This document shows positions 1 through 8,869 of a stretch of 32,000 nucleotides of DNA, piece after piece. Origin of the DNA: Candidatus Nanopusillus sp. (lineage in GTDB: Archaea; Nanobdellota; Nanobdellia; Nanobdellales; Nanobdellaceae); assembly GCA_046533775.1 (NCBI GenBank), contig JAWDOO010000001.1:1-32000 (forward strand), in the 5' to 3' direction. A program made the position numbers and the translations under genes. The first letter of the stretch is position 1. Each line of letters starts with the position of its first letter. Under the pieces are notes generated by a model, which was not told where the DNA came from, did no database searches, and saw only the letters and a program-made list of their open reading frames with translations.

Positions 1-316
1 ATTGAAATAAAAAGAATATATTTCCAACAATACCAGATAAGAAAAATAATATTAAAAGATCTTTACTTCCATATAAATATTCAAATAATAAACCAAGAAA
101 AAACAGGGCTAATCCATCAAAAAATAACTGGCTTAAATTATAATCTCCAAAAATAGATGTTATAAACATCCATGGATATTTTATAGCATAATATGGATGA
201 AAAGCAATTAAATTTAATATTTGTGGATTTATTAATTCTATAATATATACTATAAAGAGTATAACTATTAGCCATATTGTTATTGGAAGATCAAGAAATT
301 TGTAAACCTTATTCAT
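1..316 (-). CDS. Partial polytopic membrane protein, rhomboid-like (3' end cut by the window edge)
   Basis: My translation of the reverse strand from ATG (316..314) stays open to position 1: MNKVYKFLDLPITIWLIVILFIVYIIELINPQ...YPWMFITSIFGDYNLSQLFFDGLALFFLGLLFEYLYGSKDLLILFFLSGIVGN. The helix and loop spacing resembles rhomboid TM1-TM3. The usual TM2 His/Asn are not evident, and the catalytic Ser/His would lie outside the window. Confidence 0.4.
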   Translation of the reverse strand, partial: MNKVYKFLDLPITIWLIVILFIVYIIELINPQILNLIAFHPYYAIKYPWMFITSIFGDYNLSQLFFDGLALFFLGLLFEYLYGSKDLLILFFLSGIVGNIFFLFQ

Positions 317-348
317 ATTAAAAATATATCGTAATATTTTATATATTA

Positions 349-2781
349 ATGAGATTACCTAAGGATGTAAAACCAATCAAATATTATATAAAATTAGATA
401 TAGATATTAATAATTTAGAATATAGAGGAGAAGAAAATATAGAGATTAATATAAATAAACCAACAAATAAAATATATTTACATTCAAAAGATATAAAAAT
501 AGAATTAATAAAATTGGACAATAAAAAGGTAAGTTTTAAAAGTATAGATAATGAAACAATTGAAATAAATCTATATAGTAAATATTATGGAAAAAAGAAA
601 TTATATATAAAATTTAGAGGAAAGATAAGAAATGATCTAATTGGATTTTACTTAAGTAAAGGAAAAGATAAAATATTAACTACACAATTTGAACCTACAT
701 ATGCAAGATATTTCATTCCATGTTTTGATGAACCTGAATTTAAAGCAGAATTTGAATTAGAAGTAAAGGTAGATAAAGATTATGATGTAATATCTAATAC
801 AGAAATAGAAAATGAAGAAACAAATGAAGATTATAAAATTGTAAAATTTAAGAAAACTCCACCAATGTCTACATATTTATTATATTTAGGAATAGGAAAA
901 TTTGATTATCTAGAAGATAAATATGAAAATAAGAAAATAAGAATTGTTACTGATATTGGTAAAGCTAAAGATGGAGAAAACTCTTTAGATTGGGCAAAAA
1001 AAGTATTAAAATATTATGAAAATTATTCTTCAATAGAATATCCATTAGAAAAATTGGATTTAATTGCAATACCAGATTTTGCTGCTGGGGCAATGGAAAA
1101 TTGGGGTGCAATTACATTTAGAGAATCTGCACTGTTATATAAAGAAGATTATTATTCATATGGACAGAGATTAAGAATATATAATGTTATAGCTCATGAA
1201 TTATGGCACCAATGGTCTGGAAATTTGGTTACTATGAAATGGTGGGATGATCTTTGGTTAAATGAATCTTTTGCAACATATATGGCATATAAAGCTATGG
1301 ATGAATTATTAAATGAAGATAATATTGGATCAAATTATATGTATGCTGTTGATACATATGAAGCAAAATTTGAAGATTCGACAATTTATACACATCCAAT
1401 AAATGTTAAAGTAGAAAAAGAAGAAGAAATTGAGAGTATCTTTGATAGCATAAGTTATGGAAAGGGTGGAAATGTATTAAGAATGATAGATAATTATCTT
1501 GGATACGATAAATTTAGGGTTGCAATAATAAATTATTTACATAAATATAAATATTCTAATGCTAGTTCTTCAGATTTATTTAAAGAATTTGAATTAATTG
1601 GAGGAAAATATATAAGAGAAATAATTGAAAAATTTGTAAATTCTCCCGGTTATCCAATAATAAATGTACATTATAATAATCTTGTAATACATTTATCTCA
1701 ATCAAGATTTTTATATAATAAGAAAGAAAATAAGAAATGGACAGTTCCTTTATTTTTAGATATTGAAGGAGAAAAAATGAATATATTATTCAATAAATCA
1801 AAGGGAAAGATTATACTTAAAAGAGATCCTAGATATTTTATAATTAATAGGGATGCTATTGGTTTTTATATATCAAATTATGAAAATTTAGAATATATAG
1901 GAAATGCAATCAAGGAAAAGAAAATATCACCATCAAGTAGGGCTGTTATTTTACATGATTATTATTTATTAGCATTAATGAATAAAATTAAATTAAAGAA
2001 ATTATTTGAATTAATTGAATATTATAGAAATGAAGATAATTGGCTAGTTTTATCAATATTATATACAATATTATATGATATATCATTTTACTTTAATATA
2101 GAAGAAAAGAAAATATTTAAACATTATATAGATATATTTAAGAATTATTATAATATAGAAATAAAGGATTATAATAGTTTAATGTTAAAGAGATTGGCAT
2201 ATAAAACATTGGGATTCTTAAATGATTACAATATAATAAAAGATTCATTTAATAAATTCAAAGAATGGGAAAAATTAAATAATAATGATAAACAAGTTAT
2301 ATCAGATATAATTGGTTTGCATGGAGGAACAAATGAATATATAAGAATGTATAATTTATATTCCAAATCACAAAACCCAGAAGAAAGGATAATATTATTA
2401 AGAGGTTTATCTAACTTTAGAAGAACTAGCATAATTGTAGATTTATTAGATAAAGCTATAGATAATTATATAAAATTACAAGATTGGAGAACATTATTTA
2501 CAAGTATATCAAAAAATCCGGAGGTTGTTTATGTATTATATCAATGGTTTAAGGATAATATTAGTGAGATAAAAAAATATGAAAATGCATATTTAGTTAT
2601 AAGAGATGTTATAAGAAGTTTGTTCGAAGCATATACTGGAAATGTTGTAAAAGATATAAAACAGTTCATGATAAAAAACTTACCAAAATATAAAAACGAT
2701 ATAATAAAATTCAGCCATTATTCTGAAATATATACAAATTTCGTATCAAAGAATAAAGAAGATATAGAAGATTTGTTATGA
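349..2781 (+). CDS. M1-family zinc aminopeptidase (tricorn-interacting factor F2/F3 / PepN-like)
   Basis: 810-aa ORF with the GAMENWG exopeptidase motif and HELWHQW-x18-E (HExxH...E in WLNESFA) zinc site, followed by a long helical C-terminal domain. Confidence 0.9.
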   Translation: MRLPKDVKPIKYYIKLDIDINNLEYRGEENIEININKPTNKIYLHSKDIKIELIKLDNKKVSFKSIDNETIEINLYSKYYGKKKLYIKFRGKIRNDLIGFYLSKGKDKILTTQFEPTYARYFIPCFDEPEFKAEFELEVKVDKDYDVISNTEIENEETNEDYKIVKFKKTPPMSTYLLYLGIGKFDYLEDKYENKKIRIVTDIGKAKDGENSLDWAKKVLKYYENYSSIEYPLEKLDLIAIPDFAAGAMENWGAITFRESALLYKEDYYSYGQRLRIYNVIAHELWHQWSGNLVTMKWWDDLWLNESFATYMAYKAMDELLNEDNIGSNYMYAVDTYEAKFEDSTIYTHPINVKVEKEEEIESIFDSISYGKGGNVLRMIDNYLGYDKFRVAIINYLHKYKYSNASSSDLFKEFELIGGKYIREIIEKFVNSPGYPIINVHYNNLVIHLSQSRFLYNKKENKKWTVPLFLDIEGEKMNILFNKSKGKIILKRDPRYFIINRDAIGFYISNYENLEYIGNAIKEKKISPSSRAVILHDYYLLALMNKIKLKKLFELIEYYRNEDNWLVLSILYTILYDISFYFNIEEKKIFKHYIDIFKNYYNIEIKDYNSLMLKRLAYKTLGFLNDYNIIKDSFNKFKEWEKLNNNDKQVISDIIGLHGGTNEYIRMYNLYSKSQNPEERIILLRGLSNFRRTSIIVDLLDKAIDNYIKLQDWRTLFTSISKNPEVVYVLYQWFKDNISEIKKYENAYLVIRDVIRSLFEAYTGNVVKDIKQFMIKNLPKYKNDIIKFSHYSEIYTNFVSKNKEDIEDLL

Positions 2782-2812
2782 ATTTATAAAAATAATAATT
2801 AACAAAGATCTT

Positions 2813-4948
2813 ATGGAAAGTAAAGATATTATATTAATTACATCAGCATTGCCATATGTAAATAATGTACCACATATAGGACACATTGCTGGAAGTCTTT
2901 TACCCTCAGATATATTTGCAAGATACAATAGATTGAAGGGTAATATTGTATTTTATTTATGCGGAACAGATGACCATGGATCTGCTACAGAAGTAGAAGC
3001 AATTAAAAGAAATAAAAAACCAGAAGAGATAGTTAATTTTTTTCATAATATACATAAAGAAGTATATAAATGGTTTAATCTATCATTTGATCAATTTAGC
3101 CAAACATCAAATAATCCTCTACATTATAAAATAGTACAAGAATTATTTATTAAAGCATATATAAATGGTTATATAATAGAAAAAGAGGTTGAATTACCAT
3201 ATGATCCTGAATGGAATAAATTTCTGGCAGACAGATTTGTTGTAGGAAAATGTCCATATTGTGGATATGAAAATGCTAGAGGAGATCAATGTGAAAGTTG
3301 TGGTAGATTATTAGATCCTAAAGATCTAATTGATCCAAAGAATTCAATTACTGGGAACAAAATTATATTTAGAAAAACAAGACATCTATATTTAAATTTA
3401 ACTAAATTAGAGGATAAAATAAAAGAATATTTGGAAAGTAAAAAAGGTATATTTACAGATCTAGCAATAACAATGTCTTTATCATGGATAAAAGAAGGTT
3501 TAAAGGAAAGAAGTATAACTAGAGATTTATCCTTCGGAGTACCAGTTCCATATAAAGAATTATGGCAAGTAACAATTAAGAAAATATTTGACAAATTATC
3601 ATTTAATTCAAAGGATGCTTTTGTTGATTCCTTAATAAATGCATTAAAAAATGAAGGTTTAGTAATAAATACAGATGAATACACAAATATTTTAAAAATT
3701 GTAGAAGAAAATTGGCCAAAAGTTGATAGTATATTAAATCTATACAACCATTTTGAAGAATATAAAGATAAAGTATTGTATGTTTGGTATGATGCTTTAA
3801 TTGGATATATATCATTTATTGCACAAAAATTAAAGGAAGAATATATATATGATGATGTAAAAGATGAAAATATTAATGATTTATCTTTATTAGAAGATAA
3901 TGGAAAAATAATTAAAATAAAAATAAATAATAAAGTATATGAATTAGAATATAAAATAGATGGAAGTGTTTTATATTTATCAGGATTATATAGCGAATTT
4001 TTTAATCTATATAAAATATTAAAATTCTTATTTGAGAATAAAAAAGTTATAAAAATTGTTTTAGATATTAATTGGAGGGAATTTTGGATAAATGGAAAGG
4101 TATACCACTTTTTAGGTAAAGATAATATTCCATTTCATGCAGTATTTTGGCCAGCTATTTTATTATCTACACATAATGTAAGCGATAATTATAAAGAATT
4201 CTTTGAATATACAAAATTGGATAATTATATTTTGCCATATAATGTAATTGGATTATCATATTTAACATATGAAAATAGAAAAATTAGTAAAAGTCAAAAT
4301 TGGGGCATATTTTGTGATTCTTTAATTAAATCAGAACTTGATCCTGATTATTGGAGATTCTATCTTTCATATATTTTACCATATAATAGAGATTCAGATT
4401 TTAAATGGGAAGATTTTCAATCTGTTATAAATAATGAATTGGTAAATAATATAGGAAATCTTACACATAGAATTTTATCTTTTGTTAAAAAATATTATAA
4501 TAATAAAATAGATGGTGATATTAGAAATGATATAATAAATACAATAAATAATGCATTAAATGAATATTATAAATATATGGATAAAGGAGAATTTAATTTA
4601 GCATTAAGGAAAATATTAGAATTATCTAATTATGGAAATAGAATATTTCAAGAAAATAAACCATGGGAAAATCCAGAAAATAATAAAAGTTTAGTTAAAT
4701 CTTTAATTATATTACTAATTTCAATATATACAATGTTATATCCATTTATACCAAATTCTTCAGAAAAATTCTTTGAATTTATAAATTATAAAGAAATATC
4801 TTTTGATAACCTTAATACTCTTTTACAATTTTCTAACAATATAATTATAGAGATAGTTAAAGAACCACAGGTTCTATTTAATAAGATTGATAATAATCTA
4901 ATAAATAAATTAAAACAGACAGTAACTAGACCTTCGATAAATTTATAA
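2813..4948 (+). CDS. metG: Methionyl-tRNA synthetase
   Basis: HIGH motif (PHIGH), zinc knuckle CPYCGYENARGDQCESCG, VWYDALIGYIS, GKDNIPFHAVFWPA, and KISKS as the KMSKS equivalent. Carries two long low-complexity insertions (see findings). Confidence 0.9.
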   Translation: MESKDIILITSALPYVNNVPHIGHIAGSLLPSDIFARYNRLKGNIVFYLCGTDDHGSATEVEAIKRNKKPEEIVNFFHNIHKEVYKWFNLSFDQFSQTSNNPLHYKIVQELFIKAYINGYIIEKEVELPYDPEWNKFLADRFVVGKCPYCGYENARGDQCESCGRLLDPKDLIDPKNSITGNKIIFRKTRHLYLNLTKLEDKIKEYLESKKGIFTDLAITMSLSWIKEGLKERSITRDLSFGVPVPYKELWQVTIKKIFDKLSFNSKDAFVDSLINALKNEGLVINTDEYTNILKIVEENWPKVDSILNLYNHFEEYKDKVLYVWYDALIGYISFIAQKLKEEYIYDDVKDENINDLSLLEDNGKIIKIKINNKVYELEYKIDGSVLYLSGLYSEFFNLYKILKFLFENKKVIKIVLDINWREFWINGKVYHFLGKDNIPFHAVFWPAILLSTHNVSDNYKEFFEYTKLDNYILPYNVIGLSYLTYENRKISKSQNWGIFCDSLIKSELDPDYWRFYLSYILPYNRDSDFKWEDFQSVINNELVNNIGNLTHRILSFVKKYYNNKIDGDIRNDIINTINNALNEYYKYMDKGEFNLALRKILELSNYGNRIFQENKPWENPENNKSLVKSLIILLISIYTMLYPFIPNSSEKFFEFINYKEISFDNLNTLLQFSNNIIIEIVKEPQVLFNKIDNNLINKLKQTVTRPSINL

Positions 4949-5463
4949 ATAAAAATTTATAAGCCAAAAATAAAAAATTAAAAATATGGATAAAGCCGAT
5001 GAAAACCCGCGTCTACTATATTTAATATATTTCACAAATAAATATATTATATATTATACTTTATCTTTACTGTTTCTTTTCTCCTTCTTCTCCTTTCTTT
5101 CCTTTCTTTGCCATAATATATTATTATATAAAATGTTTAAAAATCTTTCATTTTTTTATGACTTCAAATGAATACTAATATGTAGTAAAACCATGAACAG
5201 ATTATGTATTTATAAATAATTTATAAAGGGTTTATATATAAAATATTTATAAAGTAATCAAAATATTTAGAAATATTGAAATAATATATAAAATTTAGAT
5301 ATCTAAAGATATAATATATAAATAAATACTGGTTAAAAAATAGAATAATCAATATATTTAGAATATTGAGAAAAATTAAGAATAAAGAAAAGAAAAAAGA
5401 ATAGTATAAATTTATTTAATAATAAAAAATAATATTTTTATTGTTTTTTATTTAAAATATATT

Positions 5464-6411
5464 ATGTCTTATGATATTATAGGTGATATAGCTATAATTA
5501 AAAAGCCATTAAAATATGATGAAGAAGAATATGTAAAAAGAATATTGGAAAAGCATAAATTTATAAGAACAATTCTATTACAGGAAACAGATGTTTTACC
5601 TCCATATAGGATTCCAAAATATAAAATTTTATATGGAGAAAATAAAACTGAAACAATTAATATTGAATATGGATTAAGATTTAAGGTAGATGTATCTAGA
5701 TGTTATTATTCTCCAAGATTAAGTAATGAAAGATATAGAATTGCAAAACAAGTAAGGGAAAATGAAGAGGTTCTAGTAATGTTTTCTGGTGTAAATGTAT
5801 ATCCAATATATATAGCAAAATATTCGAAAGCTAAAATAATTTATTCAATTGAGTTAAATCCCTTTGCAGTAAAATATGGACTAGAAAATGTAAAAATAAA
5901 TAAAGTAAATAATGTTATCACATTATTAGGAGATGTAAGAGATGTATCAAAATATATAGGTTATTTAGAAAATGGAGATGGAATAATAAAAAATGATAAA
6001 GAATATATAAAAGATATAATTGATTCTGGATTGGAAATAAACAATCTATATATTTATGAATATGATGAAATGATAAAAAATATAAAATATAAAAAATTAA
6101 AATATATTGGTGAATTAGAAAATTTAGAAAAATTTAATAAAAAGTTTGATAGGATTATAATGCCATTACCAAAGGAAAGTCATACATTTTTAGAATATGC
6201 AATACCTTTAATAAAAAATAATGGAATAATACACTTATATCAATTCTTTGAAGAAGAAAAAATAAAGGAAAAAGCAATAGATTTATTAGAAAAATATTCA
6301 AATGAATTAAACTTTAAATATGAGATATTAAATATATTAAAAGTTGGAGATATAGCCCCAGGAAATTATAGGGTTTGCATAGATTTTAAAGTTATAAAAG
6401 AAAAAATTTAA
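5464..6411 (+). CDS. Trm5/Taw2-type (COG2520) class I tRNA methyltransferase, divergent
   Basis: N-terminal YDIIGDIAIIK, F-x-VD...YYSPRLSNER, a MFSGV glycine loop, YSIELNP, and FDRIIMPLPK...IIHLY all follow the archaeal Trm5 order. It has one ~65-aa insertion and substitutions at two normally conserved positions. Confidence 0.65.
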   Translation: MSYDIIGDIAIIKKPLKYDEEEYVKRILEKHKFIRTILLQETDVLPPYRIPKYKILYGENKTETINIEYGLRFKVDVSRCYYSPRLSNERYRIAKQVRENEEVLVMFSGVNVYPIYIAKYSKAKIIYSIELNPFAVKYGLENVKINKVNNVITLLGDVRDVSKYIGYLENGDGIIKNDKEYIKDIIDSGLEINNLYIYEYDEMIKNIKYKKLKYIGELENLEKFNKKFDRIIMPLPKESHTFLEYAIPLIKNNGIIHLYQFFEEEKIKEKAIDLLEKYSNELNFKYEILNILKVGDIAPGNYRVCIDFKVIKEKI

Positions 6412-6437
6412 AAATATCATAAAATTATTTTATCATA

Positions 6438-6893
6438 ATGAAAAGTGACTTCCTTACAACACTTATTATAATATTTGGTATTATATTAGGAATTATAGTT
6501 ATTTTATATTTGTTTGTACCTCCACAAGTAATATTAAAACTTTTAGGAAAGAATGTTTCGTCATCTGGTCCTATATCATTTAAGATATCATATATGTACT
6601 TTACTTCAAATGGTATATATGCAGTAATATATAATAGTGGATCTAATATAGATCTAAATAATATGAAAGTTACTTATATATATAGCAATAGTTATCAAAC
6701 TGGCACATGTAATATAGTTACAAATAATTATACACTACCTTCAGATAGTCAAGAAATAATTGGATTAAATTGTACAAATGAAGATATAATTATAAATAAC
6801 TTATTATCTAATAGTGGATCTTATGAATTCTCATTTATGTATGAAAACACTGTACAACAAGCTACTTTACCATTTAAGATTTCAAATCAATAG
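6438..6893 (+). CDS. N-terminally membrane-anchored, sequon-rich beta-type protein (ArlF/ArlG-like or pilin-like; uncertain)
   Basis: One N-terminal hydrophobic helix (LTTLIIIFGIILGIIVILYLFV) followed by a Ser/Thr/Asn/Tyr-rich domain with N-x-S/T sequons and an IYNSGSNIDL segment. The architecture is similar to ORF 10268..10654. Confidence 0.35.
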   Translation: MKSDFLTTLIIIFGIILGIIVILYLFVPPQVILKLLGKNVSSSGPISFKISYMYFTSNGIYAVIYNSGSNIDLNNMKVTYIYSNSYQTGTCNIVTNNYTLPSDSQEIIGLNCTNEDIIINNLLSNSGSYEFSFMYENTVQQATLPFKISNQ

Positions 6894-6968
6894 CGGACCC
6901 GGGGGGATTCGAACCCCCGACCTACGGCTTAGAAGGCCGTCGCTCTATCCATGCTGAGCTACGGGTCC
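6894..6968 (-). tRNA. tRNA-Arg (anticodon TCT)
   Basis: The reverse strand folds as GGACCCG-TA-GCTC-AGCATGGATA-GAGC-G-ACGGC-CTTCTAA-GCCGT-AGGTC-GGGGG-TTCGAAT-CCCCC-CGGGTCC-G. No intron, and CCA is not encoded. Confidence 0.9.
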
Positions 6969-7009
6969 AATTATAAAAATATTATTATGAAAAATTAAAA
7001 TGCTTAATT

Positions 7010-7065
7010 ATATCTGTATATCGATGTTTCATCATTTATCAGCAATGCCTTGCATCTTCACTATA
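7010..7065 (-). ncRNA. C/D box sRNA (2'-O-methylation guide), variant terminal boxes
   Basis: The reverse strand reads GTGAAGA(C)-TGCAAGGCATTG(12 nt)-CTGA(D')-TAA-ATGATGA(C')-AACATCGATATA(12 nt)-CAGA(D). This is the exact archaeal C/D spacing. It lies between two tRNAs on the same strand. Confidence 0.7.
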
Positions 7066-7144
7066 TATATAATATAAATGAAATATTAAAACCATATATG
7101 AAGTATTATAAAATTGTTAACAAAGTATTTGACAAAAATAATCA

Positions 7145-7215
7145 TGGGACCGCGGGGATTCGAACCCCGATCACTGGGACCCAAACCCAGTAGCCTACCA
7201 CTAGCCTACGGTCCC
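7145..7215 (-). tRNA. tRNA-Pro (anticodon TGG)
   Basis: Reverse strand GGGACCG-TA-GGCT-AGTGGTA-GGCT-A-CTGGG-TTTGGGT-CCCAG-...-CGGGG-TTCGAAT-CCCCG-CGGTCCC-A. G37 is present. No intron, and CCA is not encoded. Confidence 0.88.
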
Positions 7216-7271
7216 TTAAAAAATAAAGATTTTTCAAAAATTTAAAAGAGTTTTTAATAACATATTAAAAA

Positions 7272-8249
7272 ATGCCACAACATGGTAGACATAAACCTAG
7301 AGCAGTATCTATGCAATTTTGGCCAAGAGTAAGGGCTAAAAGAATATATCCGATAATTAAGAGTTGGCCTTCCATTAATAATATTCAACCAGTTGCTTTT
7401 GCTGGATATAAAGTTGGTATGACACATATTTTAACAAAAGAAGGAAAATATGTTCCTGTATCAATTATAGAAACTCCTCCGTTAAAGGTTCTTGGAATTA
7501 GATTATATAAGAAAGATATAAATAAAGGTTTTCTCTCTTTAAAGGATATTATTTCTAATAATTTTGATGAATATGTTAAAAGAAGAATAAAAACATTGGA
7601 ACCAAATGAAGATCTAGAGAAAGATATTCAAGATGCTGAACAAATATTAGATAAGGTTTCACTAATAAAATTAATTGTATATACACAACCATGGTTAACA
7701 ACAATTAAAAAGAAAAAACCAGAAATATTTGAAATACCTATTGGAGGAAATAATATTAAAGAAATATTTAATTATGCAAAAAATGTATTGGGAAATCAAA
7801 TAAAAATAAATGACGTATTTAAAGAGGGAGAATATATTGATGTAATTGGTATAACAAAGGGAAAAGGATTTCAAGGGGAAGTAAAAAGATATGGAATAAC
7901 AATTCAACCTAAAGAAAACAAGAGAAGTAAATCTGTAAGACATGCAGGTGCTAGAGGAGCAAGAGGAATGAGAAGAATATTTCCAACAGCACCAATGCCA
8001 GGTCAATATGGGTTCTTTAGAAGAACAGAATATAATAAATTAATAATAAAGATTTCTGATAATTATAATGAAATAAATCAAAGTTCTGGTTGGCCACATT
8101 ATGGAATTGTAAAGAATACATATTTAATGTTGAAAGGTTCAGTAATAGGGGCAAAGAAAAGATTATTAATATTAAGGAAAGCAATAAGACCACCAAGAAA
8201 TCCAGAAAAAATAGGCATAGAATATATATCTTTATTACCAAAGAACTAA
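7272..8249 (+). CDS. rpl3: 50S ribosomal protein uL3 (L3P)
   Basis: N-terminus HGRHKPRAVSMQFWPRVRAKR, then GYKVGMTH, GITKGKGFQG and VKRYG, typical of archaeal L3. About 325 aa. Confidence 0.93.
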   Translation: MPQHGRHKPRAVSMQFWPRVRAKRIYPIIKSWPSINNIQPVAFAGYKVGMTHILTKEGKYVPVSIIETPPLKVLGIRLYKKDINKGFLSLKDIISNNFDEYVKRRIKTLEPNEDLEKDIQDAEQILDKVSLIKLIVYTQPWLTTIKKKKPEIFEIPIGGNNIKEIFNYAKNVLGNQIKINDVFKEGEYIDVIGITKGKGFQGEVKRYGITIQPKENKRSKSVRHAGARGARGMRRIFPTAPMPGQYGFFRRTEYNKLIIKISDNYNEINQSSGWPHYGIVKNTYLMLKGSVIGAKKRLLILRKAIRPPRNPEKIGIEYISLLPKN

Positions 8250-8250
8250 G

Positions 8251-8547
8251 ATGGAAGTAAAAATATATAGAGTTGAAGGATTAATATTTAAAACAAAAAT
8301 TTTAAGAAATTTGAAGAAAAAAGAAGGGGTTTTAACAAAAAGAAAGGTTGTTTATAAATTTACAAAGGAATTATTGGGAATAAATGAAAAAGATGTTTTA
8401 GAAAGAATATATTCATTATTTGGAAGTGCATATAAAGTAAAAAGAAATAAAATAAGAATATTAAAAATTGAAGAAATTAGTGAAAATGATATAAAAGATA
8501 AGAATTTAAAGAAATTTATAGAATATATTAAAAATGGAAAATTCTGA
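8251..8547 (+). CDS. rplX: 50S ribosomal protein LX (L18Ae/eL20 family)
   Basis: KIYRVEG...F-K, ...RIYSLFGSAYKVKRNKIRILKIEEIS matches the LX pattern (vy...GS.HkvkR..I.I). It sits directly upstream of prefoldin alpha, as in many archaea. Confidence 0.72.
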   Translation: MEVKIYRVEGLIFKTKILRNLKKKEGVLTKRKVVYKFTKELLGINEKDVLERIYSLFGSAYKVKRNKIRILKIEEISENDIKDKNLKKFIEYIKNGKF

Positions 8548-8869
8548 TGAACTATTAGAATTTTTATATAGTCAATTAGAAGCCATACAGAATAAAATAT
8601 TAGAATATGAATTGATAAAGAGTTTTATTAATGAATTGAAAAAACAGGATGATACATATATAAATTTAGGAGGATTAATATTTGTTAAAGGGTCAATAAA
8701 AGATGATCAAAATTTATTAATAAATATTGGAAGAAATATATTTATTGAAAAAAGTAAAGATGAAGTTTTAAAATTAATAGATGATATAATAAATAAATTA
8801 AATCAAGATTTAAATGAGATAAGAACAAAAATAGATGAAATATCTATGAAAAAAACTCCTCAACCTTAA
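8534..8869 (+). CDS. pfdA: Prefoldin alpha subunit (short form)
   Basis: Coiled coil, then a beta-hairpin core (YINLGGLIFVKGSIKDDQNLLINIGRNIFIEKSKDEV), then coiled coil. Its position after rplX is the conserved one. Confidence 0.72.
   Translation: MENSDELLEFLYSQLEAIQNKILEYELIKSFINELKKQDDTYINLGGLIFVKGSIKDDQNLLINIGRNIFIEKSKDEVLKLIDDIINKLNQDLNEIRTKIDEISMKKTPQP

Noticed and set aside
4990-5020. C/D-box-like fragment CCGATGAAAACCCGCGTC, whose reverse-strand TCATCGGCT resembles part of the 14996 sRNA.
   Set aside because: There is no D'/C'/D boxes at the 12-nt spacings seen in the two convincing sRNAs on either strand.
4986-5171. 61-aa ORF in the metG/Trm5 spacer.
   Set aside because: Its central part (LLFLFSFFSFLSFLC) is simply the translation of the 37-nt pyrimidine tract. 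There is no convincing start context, so I treated it as non-coding. A 15-codon reverse-strand ORF (MAKKGKKGEEGEKKQ) across the same tract is also too short to support.
5200-5400. A replication origin (ORB-like repeats) in the long AT-rich spacer.
   Set aside because: Palindromes are short and AT-only, so they are expected fairly often at this composition. There is no adjacent orc1/cdc6 and no recognisable ORB consensus. I kept it only as a low-weight alternative in the spacer finding.
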